64,000 nt of DNA from NCBI GenBank assembly GCA_902500205.1, contig GCA_902500205.1_4868.1, one strand, 5' to 3'. Origin of the DNA: Escherichia coli. Its GTDB lineage: Bacteria; Pseudomonadota; Gammaproteobacteria; Enterobacterales; Enterobacteriaceae. Below the pieces are notes generated by a model. It had not been told where the DNA came from, did no database searches, and worked only from the letters and a program-made list of their open reading frames with translations. Position numbers and translations under genes: made by a program. Below, piece by piece: positions 19,243 to 27,433 of the stretch. Positions within the stretch are counted from its first letter, which is position 1. Each line of letters opens with the position of its first letter.

Positions 19243-20655
19243 ATGCTATTTTACTCGAAGGAGTCGGCACTGCTTGTATACGACCAAGTCAATCGGGATA
19301 ACCCTGATTTAGTTGTTAAGCTGACGCCGGCTATCGCTGCTTTAACCGGCGGCCCAACTTCAGTTACGTTAAACCAACGTAACACCAAAGCTGTTTTCAC
19401 CGGGTATCCAGGGACAGGTGTACAAGGTAATGTTACCGTGTACTACGACCGGATTAACCTGGCCACTTTATTTAATTTTGTGCCGACTGTGGCTATCAAA
19501 GATACAGTCTTAACGGTACGAGACGCGCTACCTGCAATAAACGACGCATTGGGGCTTACATTAGTTGCTTCTGATTTGCAGTCACCTGACGCAAGTTTAC
19601 CTAAACCGAGCGCTTCGCCGCAGACGTTGAAATTAAATATCTCAGGTAATTGCCCTGCGTTTACAGGCAGCTTAACGATACGTTATACCGTCCCGAGCGG
19701 TGCAATTTACCCCGATTCTGGACCTGGCCCTAAAACGTTGCTGCAAGGTAACACTATCGCGGGTTATTTCGGAACAACCACAATTGCAGAGTTGTTTACA
19801 CACTCTCAACTTCTTAATGCCACTATATCGGCCGGTGCGTTACCACCGGTACATTCTGGTGCCGAAGGTTGGTACAAGTTCTTTTACCAGGGTAGGGTTA
19901 TTTACCTCCCGATCAGTCCTGTCGCTAGCTCCATCTCCTGGAATACGTTATATACAAACGGACTCGTTTACGGAACAGATGATAATGGTAAATACCCTGC
20001 GGCGACGCCCGTTAACCAGGGACGCATCATTAGCTTTACAGGCGCAGACAACAAAAGGTTTTACTTCCGCGTTCGTCTACCTAGTGCTGGGAAGGACCCA
20101 TACGTCAGCGGCACCCCAACTGCCGCTGAGTTAGCAGGTAGTGAGTTTGAGATGTTCAACTTTCTGTATAATGGAACGTGGGACAAACCGATTAACAGTT
20201 ACTGGACGCTGTTCTGTTTATTGAAAGATACACTGAAGACCAACGTCGCCTATCATCGCATGGCGACGTTGTCTGGAGCCAGTTGGACAAACTTAGGAAA
20301 ATCATCGAGCGCAGGCAACTACTACTGGTTCCCGGTGCTGGAGTTGGTGGATAAATCCACAGTTACCTTGGGTTTAGAAGATATCCATGGTGCGGTAGAT
20401 TACAGTCTCCAACCGTGCAGCGTGTCCGCAGAAAACACGTTTAGTCTCAAGCCGTTGGTGCTCGGTAATCCAGATACTACCGATTTCGAACCGGTAGTTG
20501 TTACTTCAGAAAACAGTTTCGCACTGCATCCGCCTGCTTTAATGCTGCCGAAGACAGTCGATTTCCAACCTATTGCGGCTACCGCTGAAATGTATACGCC
20601 CCCTGACAAGACAACGTTAACGTCTCTTAACGGTGAACTGGACGGCTTTAAGTAG
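19243..20655 (+). CDS. family-A N-terminal domain protein with extended C-terminal region, ends NGELDGFK (470 aa); cassette copy 1, gene a
   Basis: N-terminus MLFYSKESALLVYDQVNRDNPDL...NQRNTKAVF...VYYDRINLATLF; contains SGPGPKTLLQGN..GYFG; C-terminal SLNGELDGFK. Confidence 0.7.
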   Translation: MLFYSKESALLVYDQVNRDNPDLVVKLTPAIAALTGGPTSVTLNQRNTKAVFTGYPGTGVQGNVTVYYDRINLATLFNFVPTVAIKDTVLTVRDALPAINDALGLTLVASDLQSPDASLPKPSASPQTLKLNISGNCPAFTGSLTIRYTVPSGAIYPDSGPGPKTLLQGNTIAGYFGTTTIAELFTHSQLLNATISAGALPPVHSGAEGWYKFFYQGRVIYLPISPVASSISWNTLYTNGLVYGTDDNGKYPAATPVNQGRIISFTGADNKRFYFRVRLPSAGKDPYVSGTPTAAELAGSEFEMFNFLYNGTWDKPINSYWTLFCLLKDTLKTNVAYHRMATLSGASWTNLGKSSSAGNYYWFPVLELVDKSTVTLGLEDIHGAVDYSLQPCSVSAENTFSLKPLVLGNPDTTDFEPVVVTSENSFALHPPALMLPKTVDFQPIAATAEMYTPPDKTTLTSLNGELDGFK

Positions 20656-20666
20656 AGGTATCATCT

Positions 20667-21665
20667 ATGTCTTTTACTTTGCGTTGGAAAAATCCAAACG
20701 TAATCCCTACGGTAGTAAAAATCTACCGTGACGTTAAAGATATCACACCAAGCGCTTTGCCTGAACCGATTGCAACGCTCTCAAATGGCGAGACAGAATG
20801 GCGTGATGCCACCGCCAAACCAGGCGCAATCTATTATTACCTTCTAACGGTAACCGCCAACGGTAAAACAGTGGCATCGTCTAGCCAGAAATACACCATT
20901 GAGATAAAGCGTGGGATTGGCCCAATGACTATTCTAAACGGTAACGACCGTTTAGGGTTTATGGGTGCGGTTCCTTACGACGAACAATGGCTTCCGTCGC
21001 AAATGCCACCTGCATTTTTGGCGATGTTCCCTAATCTATTAACCGATCGTGTGGCGTTGTATAAATTTACCCGAAACGGGAAAATCTATTACATGCTATC
21101 TAATACGTCGCAGTTCCCGAATACGCCTGTGGACTGGGCTTCCCTCTATCAAGCCGGTTTAGTCTATGGTACAGGCGATGCTGGCCCAGAGAACGGCCAT
21201 GGAACGCTACCAGACACTCCACAAGACGCTAAGATAGTCCACAAAGGGGATACGTACATTATGCGGCTTCCTCGCGGCCTGACGATGTCTAGCGAGCCTC
21301 CTGCGTATCCTTTCGTAGCTGACTATAATGGGAAAACCCATGATGAAATCGCTTCTCTAACCAACCCGTGTGAGTATAACGATTTACTTTACACGATGGT
21401 TAACGAGGTGCCGTGGAAACAGCGTTGGGCTAACTGGGCAACGAACAGTTATACTTTTCTGGGGCAGGGTACTTTGGGAACCTTGGCAGCGTATTTCGGC
21501 GGTGGTGTTCTCTGTATGGAACACGACACCGCGGAAGACCGTGTGCTCCATCGTGGTATCTTTAACAATGCCGGTGGAACACCCGTATCAGCGATTCAGC
21601 GTATAAACTATTTATCACCCACCACGAAAGGGCGTTACTACCCTATCTTTGAACTGGTCGAGTAA
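20667..21665 (+). CDS. cassette copy 1, gene b (332 aa), structural-type protein
   Basis: Paralogous to 24121-25107 (shared IYRD..ITPSALPEP.ATL.NGETEW.D, GL.YG..GPGPE.GHG.LPD). Confidence 0.65.
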   Translation: MSFTLRWKNPNVIPTVVKIYRDVKDITPSALPEPIATLSNGETEWRDATAKPGAIYYYLLTVTANGKTVASSSQKYTIEIKRGIGPMTILNGNDRLGFMGAVPYDEQWLPSQMPPAFLAMFPNLLTDRVALYKFTRNGKIYYMLSNTSQFPNTPVDWASLYQAGLVYGTGDAGPENGHGTLPDTPQDAKIVHKGDTYIMRLPRGLTMSSEPPAYPFVADYNGKTHDEIASLTNPCEYNDLLYTMVNEVPWKQRWANWATNSYTFLGQGTLGTLAAYFGGGVLCMEHDTAEDRVLHRGIFNNAGGTPVSAIQRINYLSPTTKGRYYPIFELVE

Positions 21666-21674
21666 GGGGCAGTC

Positions 21675-22598
21675 ATGACTATACGGTTAAGCTGGCCGTC
21701 CCAAGCCAGCAAAGGTCTTACCGCGATTGAAATCTACCGCAAGGAAGGTTGGAACGCAACAATCGACGTTTACAATCCAGGCACACCCCACGCAACTTTA
21801 TCAGGCAACGCGGTAGAGTTCGTAGATAATATCGATACCCTGACGAAGAATACAACCTATCGTTATTGGGTAGCTGCTGTGAAGGACAGTGAACGACTTA
21901 TCGGCAATCCGATTACGCAAGGATTCTATCCGGACACCGGGCCGGGTCCGCAAACAATCCTGCGCGGTGACTGGGCTTCAGGTTATTTCGGTACAGTACC
22001 GAATACAGAGTTCTTTAATACTGCCGAGTTAAAACTCATGTTAACTGCGCAGCAGGGAAACATGTTTGTCTACGACCCTCAGGAATGGCACAAGTTTATT
22101 TTCCGTGGGAGAATTGTCTTCTTCCCAGCGACGATGCATTCGAAAACCAACTCGGTACAAATGGCGTATCAGTACGGTATGATGTACGGGACCGATGATG
22201 TCGGAAGTATTGTTCCGCAGGGAGCCACGGCGACTAAACAAGATTGTAAGGTCACGAAGGATGGTCGTACGTACCGTATCCGATTACCTTACGCAGTCCC
22301 GTACGACGCTGTTCTCTCAGGACAGGATTACAACAACGGTGAATGGCGAAACACAATGGGCCGTTTGTATCCTGTCGGTGCAGAGTTCGCAGCCCTCGGT
22401 CTTGGTGCGATTGACTCACTTGCAAGACAAGGCGCGACTGCGCAGCCGAATGAGTCAGGTGCCGCTGTATTAGCTCCTTTGTGGAGCAACAACATATTCG
22501 CTTATGCGTATGGCACCGTGCCTATGGGGATTAGTAACACCGCAGGTGTCGGGAACTCGGCCACGATATTCTTTGCTTTCGAATTAGTCTTACCGTAA
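21675..22598 (+). CDS. cassette copy 1, gene c (307 aa), structural-type protein
   Basis: Paralogous to 25110-26009 (IEIYRK.GWNATIDV..PGTP.ATL.G, TTYRYW.AAVKD.ER, TGPGPQ..L.GDW..GYFGTV, C-terminal ELVLP). Confidence 0.65.
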   Translation: MTIRLSWPSQASKGLTAIEIYRKEGWNATIDVYNPGTPHATLSGNAVEFVDNIDTLTKNTTYRYWVAAVKDSERLIGNPITQGFYPDTGPGPQTILRGDWASGYFGTVPNTEFFNTAELKLMLTAQQGNMFVYDPQEWHKFIFRGRIVFFPATMHSKTNSVQMAYQYGMMYGTDDVGSIVPQGATATKQDCKVTKDGRTYRIRLPYAVPYDAVLSGQDYNNGEWRNTMGRLYPVGAEFAALGLGAIDSLARQGATAQPNESGAAVLAPLWSNNIFAYAYGTVPMGISNTAGVGNSATIFFAFELVLP

Positions 22599-22611
22599 CG
22601 GAGTAAAAGCC

Positions 22612-24108
22612 ATGGGGTTGTATACAGAACCTTCAATGGAACTGCTCTGCCAACAAATTGTGCGTGACAATCCCGGTTTAGCAGGAAAAATCACCGCTGA
22701 CTCCGTTGGGGTCAGGGGTGTTCCTGTTGCGAGAAACGTTAACGGACGAAACACACAGATTACGTTGGTAGGAAAACCTGGTAAAGGATTTGCTGGGGAA
22801 ATAACGGTATATTACGACCGGTTGAATCTGGCCAGTCTGTTCAAGTCTGGCCCGAATATGGTGAGTATTCCACGTAGCGCACAAACCCATGCGGAAGCGT
22901 TACCGGCGTTCAATGAATTGAACGGGTTGAACTTAACCGCGAGTGACATCACCAGTCCAAACGTTGCATTAATGAAATACGCTACGCCGGAAACTATAAC
23001 TCTGACGGCGCACGCTAACTCCTTGTGCTATACCGGGTCATGCAAGATGACCTATGTTTACGAACCGATTGCGATGTATCCGAAGTCGGGCCCTGGGCCA
23101 AAAGGATTAATGGCCGGTAATGAGTTATACGGATTCTTTGGGCTGGTAAGCGCGGAAGAGTTATTCACATCTGATGAAATGGTGTATGCCCTCTATAACG
23201 GCACCAACTGGCCTAACCGCTACGCTATCAAGTGGCTCAAATTCTTTCTGAATGGGGCGGTAGTGTTTGTTCCGACCCGTGCGATTTGCAACGTTACCTG
23301 GGCAGACCTGTACAACAAGGGTGCAATATTTGATTCCGGAGACGCAGGACCTCGCCCGAAGTCGACTTACACACCTGTCGATGTTGAACAGTTGAAATAC
23401 ATGGTAAAACGGGATGATGAAGGAACGCATTATTTCAGAATGTCTATCCCGTATTACACCGAGAACGCCGCCGCGCCTGATTGGAGTAAACCGCCGTCAA
23501 TCACCTCTATCCTGTCACTGACCAGCAAATTGGGGTCGGTGAACGTATATGGGGAATGGGGAACTCTTAGCACGACTGATGCTAACTTCCTGGATTCCGT
23601 GTGGTTACGACACCAGTTCGGTGCCGACCAAGCGTATTACCAGTCTATCAGTGGGAGCTATCGTTCATACACCTACATCTACACCTCTTCTGGCTTTTGG
23701 CCAATCCTGGAGATGTTTGATGTTGCCAATGAACCTGTGCCGTTGATTGACGAAGGTGCAGAACTAACATGGGCACCGTCCGTGGTTACTCTGACGGACA
23801 TCGACCAAAATGAATCGCTTCGTGTGGTGCCTATTACGGAAACCTCCGCTGCAGCGAATCCACGTCCGTTAGTTTTCAACACCGACAACACCGAAACTGC
23901 CACCCCTGCCTGGGTGCGGGAAGCGTCATCAGACTCACCACGTCCTCTGCTTGCCACGACGGACAATGATGAACGTGCATATTCCGTCGCGGTAACAGGC
24001 ATGGCTAGCGTTAAGATTAGACCGATTATTCTCACGACTGACCAAATCGCCCAACCTTCAAAAATTACTCTGGGCGATACTAACGGTGAGTTGGATGGAT
24101 TCCAATAA
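22612..24108 (+). CDS. family-A N-terminal domain protein with extended C-terminal region, ends NGELDGFQ (498 aa); cassette copy 2, gene a
   Basis: N-terminus MGLYTEPSMELLCQQIVRDNPGL...NGRNTQITL...VYYDRLNLASLF; contains SGPGPKGLMAGNELYGFFG; C-terminal TNGELDGFQ. Confidence 0.7.
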   Translation: MGLYTEPSMELLCQQIVRDNPGLAGKITADSVGVRGVPVARNVNGRNTQITLVGKPGKGFAGEITVYYDRLNLASLFKSGPNMVSIPRSAQTHAEALPAFNELNGLNLTASDITSPNVALMKYATPETITLTAHANSLCYTGSCKMTYVYEPIAMYPKSGPGPKGLMAGNELYGFFGLVSAEELFTSDEMVYALYNGTNWPNRYAIKWLKFFLNGAVVFVPTRAICNVTWADLYNKGAIFDSGDAGPRPKSTYTPVDVEQLKYMVKRDDEGTHYFRMSIPYYTENAAAPDWSKPPSITSILSLTSKLGSVNVYGEWGTLSTTDANFLDSVWLRHQFGADQAYYQSISGSYRSYTYIYTSSGFWPILEMFDVANEPVPLIDEGAELTWAPSVVTLTDIDQNESLRVVPITETSAAANPRPLVFNTDNTETATPAWVREASSDSPRPLLATTDNDERAYSVAVTGMASVKIRPIILTTDQIAQPSKITLGDTNGELDGFQ

Positions 24109-24120
24109 GAGGTAACGACA

Positions 24121-25107
24121 ATGGCTTTTACAATTCGTTGGACGAACAATAACCCTGGGGCTTCGACCGTGAAGCTGTACCGCGACACCAAACCTCTGGT
24201 GCGTACGGCATTACCTGAACCTCTGGCAACGTTCACTAACGGGGAAACTGAGTATACTGACCGAACAGCGATACTGGGGACAACGTATTACTACATGACC
24301 ACTGTGACAGTGGGAAGCCGAACACTGTTCAGTCCGCAGAAATCAATTCTGATTCAGAACCGTCGCGGTATCGGCATCGTGACTCCACAGTACGGTGATG
24401 ACCGCTTTGCGTATTACGGGTATGTGGCGTACGGTGAATTGCCTAGCGCGGCTGATTATCCGCCAGGGTTTGTGGCCATTTCTGGATATGACCCAACTGT
24501 TAAGCCGGGCTTGATTAAGTTCCAGCTAGACGGTAAAATTCTGTATCTGTTTAGTGGTCTTCGTGTGAACGGCAACACGCTGTATAGCCGTGATGCGATT
24601 TATAACGCGGGTTTGCTGTACGGTGTGGAGGGACCTGGTCCGGAAGGCGGTCATGGTGATTTACCTGACGTTGACCAGGCTGGGGAGTTTACGTGGTTGG
24701 GTGACCGCTATCGGATGCGCCTGCTGCGCGGGTTAACGCTCGACAGTGAAAGCCCGGTCATGACACTCGACGCACAGTGGAACGGTAAACTCCATGACGC
24801 GTCACCGTATACTGCCGATAGCGAATACAACCGACTCATCTATGGGATAAGTAGCTGGTTCCCAGAAAAGAAAAAAGTGATGTCCCTGATAAAGTGGTCG
24901 AACACCAGCATATTCGGAAGTGGATCGCTGGTGGCAGGCCGTGGGGCGCATTGTCAGGAGTTTGACCCAGACAGTAAGTTGGGGCTGACGCGCGGATGGG
25001 CGGCGGCGGATTCCACTGATACCGTGGATAACCTCCAGCGTATACAACATGTCCCTGCGACCGTGGGCGGTATTTGGATTCCAGTAATCGAGCTTATCGA
25101 GGATTAA
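24121..25107 (+). CDS. cassette copy 2, gene b (328 aa)
   Basis: Paralog of 20667-21665. Confidence 0.65.
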   Translation: MAFTIRWTNNNPGASTVKLYRDTKPLVRTALPEPLATFTNGETEYTDRTAILGTTYYYMTTVTVGSRTLFSPQKSILIQNRRGIGIVTPQYGDDRFAYYGYVAYGELPSAADYPPGFVAISGYDPTVKPGLIKFQLDGKILYLFSGLRVNGNTLYSRDAIYNAGLLYGVEGPGPEGGHGDLPDVDQAGEFTWLGDRYRMRLLRGLTLDSESPVMTLDAQWNGKLHDASPYTADSEYNRLIYGISSWFPEKKKVMSLIKWSNTSIFGSGSLVAGRGAHCQEFDPDSKLGLTRGWAAADSTDTVDNLQRIQHVPATVGGIWIPVIELIED

Positions 25108-25109
25108 TC

Positions 25110-26009
25110 ATGCCTATTACATTAAACTTTGCACAACGGAAGCCACAGGCGCTCGATAACATTGAAATCTATCGCAAGACGCCGGGCAACGCCACCATTG
25201 ATGTTAATGCACCGGGAACGCCTCTGGCAACCCTTCCGGGTGACGCTACATCGTACGAAGACAACGCTGTGGAAAACAACACCACTTACCGTTATTGGAT
25301 AGCTGCGGTTAAAGACGGTGAGCGTGTCTTCAACACCCCTACCGCCCAAGGGTTCTTTTTAGACACCGGGCCTGGCCCCCAGAAACTGTTATACGGCGAC
25401 TGGCACGCCGGATACTTTGGAACAGTAACGCCAGCAGAGTTATTCACTAACGCGGAACTGAACAGCCTCGTGGTGAATATGTTCAGTTCCGCCGTTGGTG
25501 CCTGGCATAAGTTCATTTACAAAAACCGTATTCTGTTTATGTCCGATAACTCGATAATATACGCTAGCCCGCAGTTCATTTATAACCAGGGGCTGATGTA
25601 CGGCCAGGATGGCAACGGATATGTGCCGAGCTGGGCTAGTGCACGTAACCAACGCCGCACGGTGACGAAAAACGGTTACGAATACGTGGTGCGCTTGCCG
25701 TATTTGTTCGACTACAAATACTGGACGTCTTTCGTTGGAAGCGGTAACACCGAGTTGTATCTCGACGGTGAGTGGTTTAACACCTTCGCGCGCCTGTACA
25801 ACTACAGTGGGCAGTTTCCGCGCTTTGACGACATTCCGGTCGGTCCAATCGATTCGGTTACTGCCCAACAATCTGCATTCTTTGCGGCTATGAATAACTT
25901 GTCCGCTCAGTGGTACAACCGTCCACCCTACCCAGAGTCGCCGTCATGGGGTAACTACGGTACCGATACAATACGCTCTATTGCGGTACTTGAACTCGTT
26001 CTGCCTTAA
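25110..26009 (+). CDS. cassette copy 2, gene c (299 aa)
   Basis: ATG 25110 (MPITLNF..) chosen over the upstream in-frame start; paralog of 21675-22598. Confidence 0.6.
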   Translation: MPITLNFAQRKPQALDNIEIYRKTPGNATIDVNAPGTPLATLPGDATSYEDNAVENNTTYRYWIAAVKDGERVFNTPTAQGFFLDTGPGPQKLLYGDWHAGYFGTVTPAELFTNAELNSLVVNMFSSAVGAWHKFIYKNRILFMSDNSIIYASPQFIYNQGLMYGQDGNGYVPSWASARNQRRTVTKNGYEYVVRLPYLFDYKYWTSFVGSGNTELYLDGEWFNTFARLYNYSGQFPRFDDIPVGPIDSVTAQQSAFFAAMNNLSAQWYNRPPYPESPSWGNYGTDTIRSIAVLELVLP

Positions 26010-26029
26010 CAGGAGACTTCATGGGATTG

Positions 26030-26065
26030 TATAGCGCACTTTACCATAACAGCTAAAAATAGGCC
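26030..26065 (+). pseudogene. 11-codon remnant resembling a collapsed family-A gene (MGLYSALYHNS)
   Basis: AGGAG RBS plus ATGGGATTGTAT.. similar to the start of gene 22612 (ATGGGGTTGTATAC..); ending ..LYHNS resembles family C-termini (..YHYNS, ..LHYNN). Confidence 0.3.
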
Positions 26066-26088
26066 CTTCGGGGCCTATTTTCTTTTTT
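26056..26088 (+). terminator. intrinsic terminator (UUCG tetraloop)
   Basis: AATAGGCCC-TTCG-GGGCCTATT followed by TTCTTTTTT. Confidence 0.75.
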
Positions 26089-26099
26089 AGGACGTTGCA

Positions 26100-27419
26100 A
26101 TGATCAACTATAACAAACCTGTCATGCAACTGGTTTGGGATCAGATTAATCGTGATAACCCGCAGCTCAAGAAACCGCTCAACGCAACCAACGTGGCGTT
26201 ATTACAAGGTCCTTTAACCAATGCCTTGCGCGATGGTCGCAACAGCCGTATCGTGGTAAACGGATTACAGGGTGGTGGTTACAGCGGTAAGATGGACATC
26301 TACTACGACCGCTTAAACCTTTCGCAGTATTTTAAAGGCGTCAGCGTACCGGTTAAAGTACCTTATCGGGCGACGGTCTACCGCGACATCATCGATCGGA
26401 TTTCCGCAGCTTGTGGGTTGGTGCTTACTGCTGACGATTTAACGTATCCTGACAGCCAGTTTGCAATGATCACTGTGGCAACGGGCGATCGGACGGTGGC
26501 GATTAAATCGGATAACCCCGCATTCACGGGTTATATTCCTATTAGCTTTATTCGTGAAGAGCCCAGCTTTGCCGACTTGTACCACACCACCGAAACCGGA
26601 GCTTGGGAACCCATGGATGTTTACAGCACGGTCTATCGACTCGACTGGAGCATGTACACTCAACAGATAATCAATATCCCAATGGGTACCCCGCTGCGAC
26701 TAAACAGTAACTCGTACATGACCCAGTTCATCGCGGCGCTGTCGGCATGGTCGGGCATCCCGTTCACTATCGGTAATGCTGCTACTGATAACCCGTATGA
26801 CCTCTATGGGTATGTCGCTACACGCAATAACAACCCAGGCTTAGACCCTGATATGCGTGGGGAGTACAAATACTGCGTGAAGTTGACGCCACCTGAGGAT
26901 ATGGGTAATCTCCGCCGTCCGTTCTTCTTGCACTTTGGTCCGAAAAATAACGTGGCCTATTTGGCGCAGGAAGAGGACGTCGAGCGTTATGCGCGTTACA
27001 TGAGTTTCCGGGAAACCAGCCCAAATTCGATGAGCGTCACGTTGTATCAAAACGAGTACGTGTTGACTCGGGCAGAATCGCCTGAAACAGCGGATGATTT
27101 AACGGGTTCCCCGTATGGCACTCGATACTGTACCGGGAGTATTCGACGGCTGATGCAACACGCGTTTCCGACCGAAGAGATGTTCCAAGAAAGTATTGCT
27201 AACCGACGTCGGGTACTGTACCACACTGCTTACACCACCACGACATCAGCTATTACTTACCAGGGATTATACCGTAACGGATACCAATCCAAACAAATGA
27301 CGAGCCTCTACTCGAATTACTGTAACTATTTCATCTATTACGACCCAAGCAAAGGCGGCTATATGGTCTACAGTCCATATAGCAAAACCGCCCCGGTCCC
27401 TTGGTATCCACCGCTATAG
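26100..27419 (+). CDS. family-A N-terminal domain protein, 439 aa, C-terminal SKTAPVPW motif
   Basis: N-terminus MINYNKPVMQLVWDQINRDNPQL...DGRNSRIVV...IYYDRLNLSQYF; C-terminus YSPYSKTAPVPWYPPL related to next gene. Confidence 0.65.
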   Translation: MINYNKPVMQLVWDQINRDNPQLKKPLNATNVALLQGPLTNALRDGRNSRIVVNGLQGGGYSGKMDIYYDRLNLSQYFKGVSVPVKVPYRATVYRDIIDRISAACGLVLTADDLTYPDSQFAMITVATGDRTVAIKSDNPAFTGYIPISFIREEPSFADLYHTTETGAWEPMDVYSTVYRLDWSMYTQQIINIPMGTPLRLNSNSYMTQFIAALSAWSGIPFTIGNAATDNPYDLYGYVATRNNNPGLDPDMRGEYKYCVKLTPPEDMGNLRRPFFLHFGPKNNVAYLAQEEDVERYARYMSFRETSPNSMSVTLYQNEYVLTRAESPETADDLTGSPYGTRYCTGSIRRLMQHAFPTEEMFQESIANRRRVLYHTAYTTTTSAITYQGLYRNGYQSKQMTSLYSNYCNYFIYYDPSKGGYMVYSPYSKTAPVPWYPPL

Positions 27420-27433
27420 ACTAAGGTGCCACC

